A stretch of DNA of 64,000 nucleotides, taken from contig NW_026867538.1 of the NCBI RefSeq assembly GCF_020745735.1, positions 1,798,001 through 1,862,000 of the forward strand, read 5' to 3'. This DNA comes from Hemiscyllium ocellatum (lineage: Eukaryota). The notes beneath the pieces were generated by a model that ran no database searches, had not been told where the DNA came from, and saw nothing but the letters and a program-made list of their open reading frames with translations. Position numbers and translations under genes: made by a program. Positions 50,751-62,834 of the stretch are shown here, piece after piece (position 1 is the first letter of the stretch; every line of letters begins with the position of its first letter).

Positions 50751-53020
50751 ATTGAACACAGAACGTACAACATGGAACGTTGCAGCAAATACAGGTTCTT
50801 CGGTCCTCAAGGATGTATCATACTAACCACATTCCCTTCAGTACAGTATCTTCCATATGCAAATCAAAACATCACTCAAATGTCCCTAATGACGCTATTG
50901 CCACCACTTGCAATGCATTCTATGCGCCCTAAGCTTTCTGTAAAAGGAACCAATCACAGACAGCTCCCTCAAAGCTTCCTCCAATCACCTTAAAATTTCA
51001 CGACAGATATTTCCGCTGTGGGAAAAGTTTCTCTAACTGTCCACTCTACCTCTGCTTGTCATGATCATGTATACCTCTATAAAGTCCGCTCTCATCGCTT
51101 TTTGCTCCAATGAGGTAAGCCCGAGGACTCTCAAAGTTTCTTCAGAAGACATACCCTCCAGAACAGGCAGCATCCTGGTACATTTCCCTCGTACTCACTC
51201 GAAAGCTTTTACATCCTTCTTATAACAAAACAGTCAGAATTGAACACAATGCTCAAAGTATATTCTAAACAGTACTCCACACAGCTGCAGCAAACCTCGC
51301 GACACTTAAATCCAATTTCCTACTAATAAATGCCGACACAAAATGCGCCTTCTGAAAAGCCACATCAACCTGAGAAGCAACTTTGAAGCATTAATGGACA
51401 TGGACCACAAATCCCTCCGTTCCACCTTACTGCCAAGAAACCTGCCTCTAAATCTGCACTCTGAATTGAAATTCGACCTTCTAAAGTGGATTAGTTCACA
51501 CGTTTTCAGATTGAACTCCATCTGCAAATTACCAGCCCGGTTCTGCATCATGTCAATGTCACTTTGCAAACGACAACACTATCCACCATGAGAACAACCT
51601 TCGAGTAATGAGCAAACTTATTCACTTAGTATTCCACTTCCTCGTTCAACTAATTGATGAAAATCAAAAAAAAGCAGAGTTTCCATTACTCATCGCTGCG
51701 GAACAGAACTGGACACCAAGCACCAGCTGAATATGTTCCATCTACGAACACTCTCGGACTTCTATAGGCAAGTCCCTTCTGTAACAAGACAGCCAAATGA
51801 CCACGTATCCCATTCTTCTTACTTTGTGAAGGAGCCAACCAGAAGGAAACTTATCAAATGTCTTGCTGTAATCCATGTACACCAGGGCCATTGCTTTGCA
51901 TTCATCAAAATATGTTGTGACATTTTCAAAGAATTGAATAGGGTTTGTGTGGCATGAAGTGCCCCTTTCAGAGCAATGCTGACTATCTCTAATCAAGCTA
52001 TTTGTTTTCCAAGTTAGGATAAATCCTGTCTCTCATAGCGCTCCTGATTAACTTGCCCACCAAGGATGCAATATTGACTAGTCTGTAATTCCCAAGGTTA
52101 TCCCTACTCACTTTCTTGAACAATGGAATAAATTTTGCCACACTCCAAACAGCTGAGGATGCAAAGATAGTCGACAAAGGTGCAGCAATCTCTTCCCTTG
52201 CTTCACGAGTAACTTGAATGTATCCTGTGGGTCCACGACCCTTATCAAAGTTTGCGATTTTTAAAGATTGGCAACACAACCTCCTACTTAAAATCAACCT
52301 GCTCGAACATATCAGTCTCTTTCACGCCGACTTCACAAAGGTGAAGGCCCATCAAAGCGGTGAATACTGTCACAAACTATTCGTCATGGACGTCCCTAAT
52401 TCCTCTGACTCCGAGTGCAAGTTTCCTCCGCTATCAATGTTCGGGCCAACCCCTACACTGACACTGGCTATCCTTTTGTTCCTCACATAAGTGGAGAACG
52501 TCTTAGATTTTTCCTTAATTCTAACTGTTAAATTTGTTTGCATGGTGCTCTACTCACTCTCACAAATCCAATCTTCAGTCCCTTTCTGGCTAAATTGTAA
52601 CTATCTAAAGCTCTGTCTGATTGGCGCCTCCTCAACCATCTATAACCTTTCTTCTTCCTCTTGACTAAATGTTCCACATCACTTGTCATCCAAGAGTATT
52701 TAAACCTACCATTCATTCTGAGCGTCTCTGTGACAAAGTGGCCCAGCATGATCAGCCATTGCTTCATAAACAAGCTCCACATTTCTTTCTTGAATTTCAC
52801 TAAGCAAATGTGTTCCTTATTAAATACATTTCCATAACCTCTGTTCCTATCCTTCGCTATGATTATAGTAAATGTCAATGAGTTGTTGTAATTGTCACCG
52901 AACTGCTCTCCCACTGAGAGATCTGAAACATGGCATAGTTTCTGGCCAAGCAATGAATCTAAATAGCCTCCCTTCTCGTCGTCTATTTAGATTTCGAGTC
53001 AGACCCTTTCCTGGACTTAA
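50750..53020 (-). mobile_element. CR1 LINE ORF2 relic
   Basis: Minus ORFs with VYMDYSKTFDKFP, IPLFKKVSRDNLGNYRLV, QMEFN, HF. Confidence 0.88.
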
Positions 53021-53169
53021 CAGCTTGTAGCGTGAGTATCACGGATTTCTTTCTTTAAAGCATTAAATGTTGCTAAAAGCAGGTCACGTTACTTTTCACA
53101 CAACTTTAAACAGATTGTAGGGCGAGGTACTCCACTTCGAGTGATTTGATTTGTGTTCTGGGGCTGTGG

Positions 53170-54240
53170 TACAAACCTCCACTCTATAATAGTGTCCCTC
53201 TATTCCTTGCTTGTTCACGTACCTGTCTACCTGTATATTAAGCATTGATAACACTTACAGTTCTCCGACCTGTCTTGGTTGTGATTTCCGTACTTGGCAC
53301 AATCTGAGTGTGTATTAAAAAAATGTCTCATTTATTTTCACCTCACATCCGCCAAATTAAAACAATGGTCCTCGTAGTTGACATTTCAGCCTCAGAAAAA
53401 GACTCCGACTACACAATATCTATGATGCTCATACGTTTGTGTACACTGATCAGACTGCCCATAAACCTCCGATGCTCCAGCAAGAAACAATGGAAATACG
53501 TCCAATCACTCTCCATATCTAAGCCATAACACGCCAGGCAACATTCTGATTTACTTATTTTTCATCCTCCTCAGAAACTCCACATGCTTGCTATAGTGTG
53601 CTCACATGATCTTGACACATTTCTCCAAATGTGGCCTAAGGAGACTAATTACACAACAGAGCTGCAAAGGCCTACCAGCATGTTATTCAATACCTGGACG
53701 GATGATAGCAAGAATTCGTTATCACCTTGTCCACTTGTGTTGGTACTTTCAGGGAACTGTTGATGTGTCCCCCAAGATCCGACTGCCTGTTAATGCTGTT
53801 CAGGATCCGCCCATTTACTGTATAATTTCCTCTTGCGTTCGACATCCAAAAATGCATGACTGCATTAAACTGCATCAGTAATATCTTTGGACAGTTTTGC
53901 ACCTGCTTTGTATTCTGTTCTAACCTGAACTAAACTTCTTCTCTGTCTACCATCCAATCATTTTTTTGCATTATCTGCAAACTTGCCAAAACACTGGTGC
54001 TTATGTAACACGACCACCATTCAGAAAATCACTCTTCCACAACAACCGTCTGTCTTTTCTGATCGAGCCAATTTTATTTCAAACTTGCCAGCTCACTGTG
54101 GATTCTATGTGAGTTATTTTTCTGTGCTGCTGACTATGCGCTGTCAAATTATTTCGGAAAATCCAGGCAGACAACATCGAGGGCAGCGCCCGTATGAATT
54201 GCTTTTGTCACTTGCTTAGAGAAGTCAATCAATTTTGTGA
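53170..54240 (-). mobile_element. CR1 RT/3' relic, degenerate
   Basis: ATTATCTGCAAAC (FADN antisense); ORF 'VMHF...YTVNGRILNSI...DLG'. Confidence 0.75.
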
Positions 54241-54567
54241 GACACGACCTCCTCCACTTGCAGATAAGTTGATTGTACCTCTGTCTTCTTTCAGCTAGCC
54301 AATTTCTGATCCAATCTGCTAAATCCCCCTCAATGCCATGCCTCTATATTTAGTGCAATCGCCTACAGTGGGGAAACGTATCAGACGCCTTACTGGAATT
54401 CATATACATGGCATCAACCGCTTTACTCCCAGTTACTTGTTGGGTTTCCTTCTCAAATAACACAATCCGGTGCGTGAAATGCGAACTGCATTTCACGAAA
54501 CCATGTTGACTATCCTGAATCAACGTATTACTTTCGGGATGATTATATATCCGCCCTGTTCTTTTCT

Positions 54568-54857
54568 GGCACGGTGGCTCAGTGGAAAACTGCTGCATCA
54601 CAACGCCATGGGCCTAAGCTCGATTCCTGCCTGGGGCGACTGTCTGTGTGGAGCTTGCACATTCTCACTGTGTATGTCTGGGTTTCCTCCCACAATCCAA
54701 AGATGTGCAAGTCAGATGAATTTGCCATGCTGAGCTGCCCTTGGTATTAGGTGCATTCGTCATGGATAAATATAGATTGAGAGAATGGTTTGGAGGGAGT
54801 GGTGTGAACCTGTTGGTCTAATGGGCCTGTTTTTATGCTCTAAGGAATCTACTCTAA
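54568..54857 (+). mobile_element. HE1-type V-SINE nested in CR1
   Basis: GGCACGGTGGCTCAGTGG head, core and AATCTACTCTAA tail. Confidence 0.88.
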
Positions 54858-55219
54858 ACCCTTTCCAACAATTTAACCGCAACTGAAGTAACACTCAATG
54901 GTCAATAATTTCCAGGGTTTTCTCTCCTCCCCTTATTGAACAAGGAACACAACATTTTGTATCTGGTATTCATCTGACAGTGCTCATAAAAATCACGTCT
55001 GGCCCAGGGGATTTATCAATTTTGTACACCTTCCAGAATTGCCTCATCTTTATGAGCCTCAATGGCATCTGGTCTAACAGGGGTATCTCAGTATTCTTCT
55101 CGGCCACATTGTCTTTTTCTAGATGAATAGTGACGAAAAGCATTCATTTTGAACTAGCGCAATCATCTCCAATGCCACGCATAATTTCCCACTACTATCC
55201 TTGATTACCCCTCGTATTC

Positions 55220-56800
55220 GTCTAACAAATGAAACCAGACGGTTCAAACTCACCACGCTTCGACGGATTGCCCAAAATTCACAAACCCCTAGAGTCCCTC
55301 TTAGACACCAACGTACAGATTGGCCGTGGAGCTACAAGAAAGACTGAAAGACTTAGTAAATTGCTCACGCCACTCCATCCACTTCACCCAAGAATTCCTG
55401 AAAACCTTCAAAGACACTAAAGTAGAAGACGATAAAATAATGGTTTCCTGTGATTTAACAGTCCTATTTCCTTCAGCCAACATTAACCTAGCCAAGGAAA
55501 CACTGACTACACTACTAGAAGACCCAAATCCACATACATCAAACACAACTACTTCATCAAAAAGGATGAGATCATCAAGTTAGTGTATCTATGCCATACC
55601 AACAATTTCACCTTCAACAAAAAAAACTTACAGACAAACCAATGAAAGACCCATGGGATCACCAATATCAGGACACTTAGCAGAGGCAGTAATGCAGACA
55701 CTTGAGCAAACAGCTCTGCCAACCATCCAATCCAAACTCTGGGTTCGCTACGTGGATGTCAGCTTTGTCATCACTAAATGAAACAAGTTAGTGGAAATAT
55801 TCAAGACTTTCACTATTAACCTTAATGGCACAACATTTGTTAAAGACGAGGAAAACAACAACAAACTGCCATTCCTAGATGTCATAGTAGATTGAAAAGC
55901 CGATAAGGAACTTCCAATCAGCGTCTAAACAAAAACAGCACATACGGAGCAAATATTGAACTCGAGAAGCAATCATCCCAACACCCACAAACGAAGAGCA
56001 TCAGAACATTATTTCAACGAGCCAACACGCAATGCAGCACGAGGAGCTAGGTAGAGCATAGGAATATCACATATACCGTGTATTCAAAAAGAATGGGTAT
56101 GTACTGAAAACAGTACGCCAATTTCTCAGCAACAAACCCAAACAAGCAGACAAAACACATCCAGAAACCCGAGCCACTCTCTGCTACATCAAAGACATCT
56201 CGGAAATGACTGCCAGACTACTCAGACTCCTTAGCAACATGGTAGCCCACAAACCCACCAACACACTAAAACAGCAGCTAACGAACTTGAAAGATCGTTT
56301 ACAGACAATGATAAAAATAAAGCCATTCTCAAAATACCGTGCAAGGACAATATCAAACACTACATTGGAAAAACAGGCAGAATACTAGTCACCAGGATAC
56401 ATGAACACCAATTAGCCATAAAAATACATGACCCACTTTCACTAGTATCCTTACACATGGATGAGGAAGGACACCACTTCGACTGGGACAATACATCCAT
56501 CCGAGGACAAACCAAACAAAGTTACGCAGGAGAATTCCTAGAAGCACAGCATTCCAACCAGAACTCTATCAACAAGCACATCCAGTTCGACCCCATTTAC
56601 CATTCCTCTGAGAAAATGAACTGGAAGTGACTTCACCACAGGAAGTAACATCACCACTGCAAATGACATTACCAACCAAAAGAAACACAAACGTATTAAT
56701 ATAAAGCAGGAATTTTCAGCAATGCTTCACATGAAGTCCACTAAAGATGTTACCGAGTAAGGAAATAAACCTTTCCGCTCAGCGAGCAAGCCTACATCCT
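55220..56800 (+). mobile_element. Penelope-like element, Poseidon type (RT + GIY-YIG), frameshifted
   Basis: PRFDGLPKIHKP, MVSCDLTVLF, PMGSPIS, WVRYVD, LPFLDV, SNHP, YIGKTGR, HFDWDN; terminal repeat with decayed hammerhead at ~56735-56780. Confidence 0.92.
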
Positions 56801-57730
56801 TATATTAGTCTAGTCATGCTTGAATTTATGATACATCTAGAGAAAGCTTTAAGGTTTTCTTTGATCCTATCAGCAAATGACGTCTCATGTCCCCTCCTGG
56901 CTCTTCTTTGCTCTCTCTTTAGGTCTTAGCTGGCTAACGTGAAACTCTGAAGCACCTGAAATGAGTCATCACGTCTCATCCTAACATAAGTCTTTTTCAT
57001 CCACTTGAAAAGAGATTCTACTTCCTCAGTAAACTACGGCTCCCGCGCTCAACAACTTTCTCCCTATCTGACTGGTACATACTTGACAAAGGCCTGCAGT
57101 AGCTGGTCCTTGAATAAGCTTCACATTTCAATTGAGCCTAACCCCTGTAGTTTCATTTCCCATCCCACGCATCTTAAATCTTGCCTAATCGTTTCGTAGT
57201 TGACTTTACCACAGTGATAACTGTTGCCCTGTGGTATATGCCTTTTCCTTTCTATCATGAAATTAAACATAATCAAATTGTGGTCACTAACATTACCAAG
57301 TGCCAAATCTACTGTGGTCTTGCCTCTTTTTGATCTCCATATATACTATGTCAGGAAACCTTCCTGCACACTTTGGTTGAAAACTTACGCAGTGAAACGC
57401 ACGTATTTGGAGGTTTGCAGGAAACTCCAAATAGGTTAACCTCTCCTGTCCTGTTTCTAATCTCAGCCCATGTACCATAGTGGATGGGTTGTCAAACGTC
57501 CTTTCTGCAATCATGTTAATGTCTTCGACTAACAAGACCGCACCATCCTCTCTTTTGCGATATTCTCTTTCTTACTGAAACATCTGAATTATGGGATCTG
57601 TATTATCAATTGCTGTCCATGGTGTACCCATGACTCTGAAATGGCCACGACATCAAAATCACACGTACCAACCCATGATGCAATTTCACCATTCATGTCA
57701 TTTGGCATTGATTTGGCATTGGAGTAGACG

Positions 57731-58793
57731 GAGCTGAAAATGTGTTGCTGGAAAAGCGCAGCAGGTCAGGTAGCATCCAAGGAAGACGAGATTCGACGTT
57801 TCGGGCATAAGCCCTTCATCAGGAATGAGGAAAGTGTGTCCAGCAGGCTAAGATAAAAGGTAGGGAGGAGGGACTTGGGGAGGGGCGATGGAGATGCGAT
57901 AGTTGGAAGGAGGTCAAGGTGAGTCTGATAGGCCGGACTGGGGTAGGGGCGGAGAAGTCAGGAAGAAGATTGCAGGTTAGGAAGGCGGTGCTGAGTTCGA
58001 GGGATTGACTGAGACAAGGTGGGGGGAGGGGAAATGAGGAAACTGGAGAAATCTGAGTTCATCCCTTGTGGTTGGAGGGTTCCTAGGCGGAAGATGAGGC
58101 GCTCTTCCTCCAACCGTCGTGCTGTTAGGGTCTGGCGATGGAGGAGTCCAAGGTCCTGCATGTCCTTGGTGGAGTGGGTGGGGGAGTTAAAGTGTTGAGC
58201 CACGGGGTGGTTGTGTTGGTTGGACCAGGTGTCCCAGAGGTGTTCTCTGAAATGTTCCGCAAGTAGGCGGCCCCTCTCCCCAATATAGAGATGGCCACAT
58301 CGGGTGCAGCGGATGCAATAGATGATGTGTGTGGAGGTGCAGGTGAATTTGTGGCGGATATGGAAGGATCCTTGGGGCCTTGGAGAGAAGTAAGGAAGGA
58401 GGTGTGGGTGCAAGTTTTGCATTTCTTGCGGTTGCAGGGGAAGGTGCTGGGAGTGGAGTTTATTTTGTTGGGGGGTGTGGACCTGACGAAGGAGTCACGG
58501 AGGGAGTGGTATTGTCGGAACGCTGATAGGGGAGGGGAAGGAAATATACCCCTGGTGGTGGGGTCCATTTGGACGTGGCGGATATGACGGCGGATGATAC
58601 GATGTATACGGAGGTTGGTGGGGTGGTAGGTTGAGAACCAGTGGGGTTCTGACCTGTTCGCGGTTGGAGGGGCAGGGCTCAAGGGCAGAGGAGCGGGAAG
58701 TGGAGGAGATGTGGTGGAGGGCATCATCGATCGCGTCTGGGGAGACTCTGCGGTCCTTGAAGAAGGAGGCCATCTGGGCTGTACGGTATGTGG
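57731..58793 (-). mobile_element. Young 5'-truncated Penelope-like element, Neptune type (thumb, Cys linker, GIY-YIG, terminal repeat)
   Basis: PLVL/TYHP, PCNRKKCKTC, IYCIRCTRCGHLYIGE...HFREH, LEEERLIFRLGTLQPQGMN; two frameshifts; 13-bp TSD ATTGGAGT(A/G)GACG. Confidence 0.94.
57791..57826 (-). ncRNA. Minimal type-I hammerhead ribozyme motif in the PLE terminal repeat
   Basis: Minus strand: ATTC-CTGATGA-A-GGGC-TTAT-GCCC-GAAA-CGTC-GAAT; all core nucleotides and stems I and II intact. Confidence 0.82.
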
Positions 58794-59699
58794 ATTGGAG
58801 TGGACGCACTTCAAAACAACTTCTTGTTTTCTGTTGCCTTCTTGCCATCTTGAAACCTTAGTTCTGATCTCACTGCTCTCAATCTCCCGTATACTCCAAC
58901 TACAATTTCAGATCACATCCCTCTGCTGAATTAGTTTAAATCACGCGAAATGTACTTCCAAATCCCACCCACTCTGCGAGGATCTTGTCACCCAACTGGT
59001 TCAGGTGAAGAGTTTCCTGACCTACCTCAGAAAGAGACGCAATTAGCCAGGAACCCAATATCACCAACCACCACCACCCCCACCCACCAACTATCCTGTA
59101 GACAAGTTTTCAACGCCTCTCTCTCCCTCTTCCTTGCCCAGCGAACATGTGGCACGGGCAACAAACGACAAATACCAACTCTGTTTTTTCTACTCTAAAC
59201 TGCTGCTCTCGCTACCTTAATTTCTTCCTTAAATCCCCATCTCACTTCCTACCTATGTTATTGGTGTCTATGTGGGCGACTTGGAGCTACTTCCCTCCCA
59301 ATCAACGATTACAAAAACACAATCAGAGACACCACGATCCCTGGTATCTGGGAGGCAACACACCAACAGTGAGTCAGTCACGTTTCCAGAGCCTCCTTTC
59401 TGATCAGCAAACTATGGAGTCTCCAAGCAACCACCCAAATGTAAAGCCTAACTAACGCAGCAGTCCCGTGTCGGCTCCTGCTTCGTGATAAGCTTTTTAA
59501 TATTATAAAACTAAATTCTCGCTCACCGTCTGGTCCACTCTGTCACACCTCCAAATCTTATTGCCGCCTAAAAAAAATGAAGAACTCGGATCTCCAGTGG
59601 TTAGGTTTTATATATTTTAATTTGTTCTTCCCGTTGGGCCTCTGGTCCTCACGTATTGCTCCACCCACACCAAAATGCTCCCTACAAAATGAAGAGGAT

Positions 59700-59930
59700 T
59701 TGAGATTCCTGAGTATTCCTGCTCCTGTTTTTGAAGAATGGCATTGGCTATTTTCCATTCTTCTGGGACATCGCCTGTGGTTAAACAAAGTACAACAATC
59801 TCCGTCAGTATCTCAGCAATGTTCTCCCTTGTCTCCCTCAGATTCTAGGTTAGATGCCACCAGGCCTTAAAATTTTTCAAGTCACTCAAACGACTCCTTC
59901 GCTAATGACGACACGCGCAATAATATCAAC
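59700..59930 (-). mobile_element. CR1 fragment, degenerate
   Basis: TTGAAGAATGGCATTGGCTATTTTCCATTC (W..AN..P.FK antisense); CCACCAGGCC. Confidence 0.5.
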
Positions 59931-59932
59931 AT

Positions 59933-60235
59933 TGGAAGTACGTTTGCTCGCTGAGCTGGAAGGTTCGTTTTCAGATGGTCCATCATCATACTAGGTAACT
60001 ACTTCAGTGAACCTCTGAATGAAGCACTGGTAGTGTAGCCTGCTTTCTATTTATATGCTTCAGTTTCCTTGGGCTGGCAATGTCATTTCCTGTCATCACA
60101 TCATTTCCTACAATGATATAATTTCTTGTTCCTTTCCTTATGGGATGTTGACAAATGGGATCCATGTCAACGTGTCTGTTGATAGAATTCCGATTGGAAT
60201 GCATATTTTTGGAATTTTCGTGCCATTTTGCCATT
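59933..60235 (-). mobile_element. PLE (Poseidon-type) 3' end
   Basis: Antisense of 56540-56800 (HSNRNSINRHVDMDPI); TTTGCTCGCTGAGC terminus. Confidence 0.85.
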
Positions 60236-60246
60236 CCTTTATGGCA

Positions 60247-60344
60247 GGCATGGTTGATCAGTGGTTAGCCCTTCTGCCTCAGAGCATCAGGGTCCCAGCC
60301 TCGGGCGACTATCTGTTGGAGTTTGCATACTCTCCCCGTGTCTG
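60247..60344 (+). mobile_element. HE1-type SINE 5' fragment
   Basis: GGCATGGTTGATCAGTGGTTAGC...GGAGTTTGCATACTCTCCCCGTGTCTG. Confidence 0.8.
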
Positions 60345-60349
60345 GGAAG

Positions 60350-62600
60350 ACAGTTTGATGCATTTCTGCCCATTTCTCATCTGCTTGAATGTGTGATGGT
60401 CGCCATTTCCTCACTAAGACATTATTTTAACAAGTAGTAACTCACGGATGCATTCGGGTTCCTCTCAATATAAGTATTTTGATACAACTGCTTTACATTT
60501 TCATATTTTGCTGCAACTCAGTGAGTTTTGCAGAGCTAAAGATATTTACATGACGACCTCTTTGCACCTATTTTGTGTCAACTATCTGATCGGCCATAGA
60601 CTCTGACACTGACACTTCAGATACATTATCTCTGCCATTTAATCTCTCTGGTTTCAACTGGTCATTCTGTGAACTTGCTATTACACAATCGGGGAAGCTT
60701 CCACGGTAAAAACTCCTGCATTGCTTCAGTTGTCTGAGTCTCCAGTGGCTTCACAAACACAGGTGGCACAGGTGAATCAGCAATATCTTTCAAAAAGACA
60801 AATTGTATTCCTGGAGCTGAGAATTTGTCCAGTACTCGTACGACAAATTCTGCACTCTTCTCTCACCTCTCCGCTTCACTTTACATAACTGAGAGCTTTT
60901 ATCTCACCGTGAATTCCCAGTACCACTGATTTCGTTCACAGTCGCCCTTCAGAAATACTCATAAATTCATGCTTCAGCATCACAGACAGAGAGGATCCTG
61001 TGTCCCTTAATATTGTAACCTCTTCACCTGCTGTTCCTGGCCAATTTGAATAAACTTCACATTTGCAGGTATATTTTCTAAATAGATCCGTCACTTACTC
61101 CCTAATCAACTTTCGATCAGTTTGTACACGCTGATCCAACTTTTCAGCTTCCACTGTGCTTTCTGTTTCCTCTCCAACAAAACTCCCAGTCTTGTCCTGT
61201 TTTTTTTTCTCTCCCAAAACAATGTGATTTCATGTGGCCGACTTGATTACAATACAAACACCGAAGCTTTTTTACCTACTTTAACCACTCAAGAGTTTGT
61301 TCTTTAATTGTGGTGAGCTATCCTTCTGGTCTTCACCGAAATGTATCTTGGACTTTCGGCGTGATAATTTTTCTTTGCCCCAGTTTCTGTCCCTCATGGA
61401 CTGAAATTGATTCTGGAAGCCACATCAGGTTTTATGGACCAGCTGATGATCATCAGCCACTTTAGCTGCTCACCTTGCTGTTTTGACTCTCTGAACCTCC
61501 ACATGAGTACGCAATATGTCAGGCAGTGAACTTCTGAACTTCTCCAAACTAATTGTCTCTGGAAGAGCATCGTAACTTTGCTCTATTTTAATTGCTCTTC
61601 TCCACTTATCAAAATAAATTTGGTTGCTCCTTTCAAACGTAATGTAGGTTTGGCCAATAATCCCTTCATAAATTGCTGAAACAATGTCGACAGGTTTCTA
61701 GCACAAGGTCATATGCACTTGAGATAGTTTTTTTCACTTCTTCATACTCCCCCGATTCCTCCCCGATAGTGATGTGAATGCCTCATGAATCTAACTTCAA
61801 CAACACCCACATGGTCTCTGGCCACTACATTGGTGTCGCTACTTTTTCAAATGAGATTTAGAAAATGGCTTCTGCATCCTTCTCATCAAATCTAGACAAT
61901 ATTTGAAAATACTTAGTTTCTCAACAGGTCTTTGGGGGTGGCACGCTGGCACTGGTGCCTCACTGCGCCAGAGACCCGGGTTCAATTGCCGCCTCAGGCG
62001 ACTGTCTGTGTGGAGTTTGCACATTCTCCCCGTGTCTGCGTGAGTTTCCTCTGGGTGCTCCGGTTTCCACCTACAATCCAAAATTGTGCAGGTTAGGTGA
62101 ATTGACCATGCTAGATTGCCTGCAATATTAGGTGAAGGGGTAAATGTAGGGCAATGGGTCTGGGTGGGTTGCGCTTCGGCGGGTCAGTGTGGACCTGTTG
62201 GGCCGGAGGGCCTGTTGCCACACTGTAAGGAATCTAATCTAAATAACAACAGGGGCTTGGTCATCTTTACGCTCTTCCTCACTAAGAATATCTTCAGTCT
62301 TCATCTCCTTCTTTTAAAGCTGCATTTCCTTTCGAAGTCTCATTTTCTGAAGATCAAACTCTCTTTCTTCCTCCTCTGCTAAAGCCATTCGTTCTTTTTC
62401 TTTCTATACCTGTTTTAATCGTAACTCAAACTAATTCATTTCTACTTCAAACTTCATTTTTTTTCATTTTTTATTGAAGTTGCTTTCAAAAACTTTACAT
62501 CCTGAGCTACTGCTGCAATCATCTAACCTTTCCTCACGTTAGGAGGCAACTTCAACTCCAACATATCTACTAAGTCTTGCAGCTCGGTCTCGTTTCGCCT
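60350..62600 (-). mobile_element. Gmr1-like Gypsy gag-protease relic
   Basis: Protease VTILRDTGSSLSVML (60975-61020); gag FDEKDAEA, AYDLVLET, LEKFRSSLPDILRTHVE; LVRKWRP (pre-INT) at ~60400. Confidence 0.88.
61937..62243 (+). mobile_element. HE1-type V-SINE, young, nested in gag
   Basis: B-box GGTTCAATTGCC, near-consensus core, AATCTAATCTAA tail. Confidence 0.93.
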
Positions 62601-62608
62601 TTCAGGAG

Positions 62609-62831
62609 GGAACGGTGGCTCAGTGGACCTGGGGACGATTCCAGCCACGGGAGACTGTCTGTGTGGAGTTTACGTATTCTCCCCATGTCTGCGCGGATTT
62701 CCCCTGCGTAGCCCAGTTTAATCCCCCAATCCAATGACATGCAGATTCGGTGAGTTGGTGATGCTAAATTCCTCGAAATATACGTTATTAGTCAGAATAA
62801 ATGTAGGAGAATTTGTCTGGGTGGGTTACTC
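62609..62831 (+). mobile_element. HE1-type V-SINE, degenerate
   Basis: GGAACGGTGGCTCAGTGG...GACTGTCTGTGTGGAGTTTACGTATTCTCCCC. Confidence 0.82.
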
Positions 62832-62834
62832 CCA

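Larger units (their letters stand above)
54280..59450 (-). mobile_element. Long CR1 relic (ORF1 remnant, APE, part of RT) hosting three nested insertions
   Basis: SQHGFVK, MYMNSSKASD (54.4 kb); SDHNLI, APE region (57.2-57.7 kb); ORF1 esterase-like VCCLP(G)xR antisense at ~59340-59365. Confidence 0.75.

Noticed and set aside
61937-62010. tRNA genes at the SINE heads
   Set aside because: The A/B boxes continue directly into the HE1 core and tail, so these are tRNA-derived SINE heads rather than tRNA genes.
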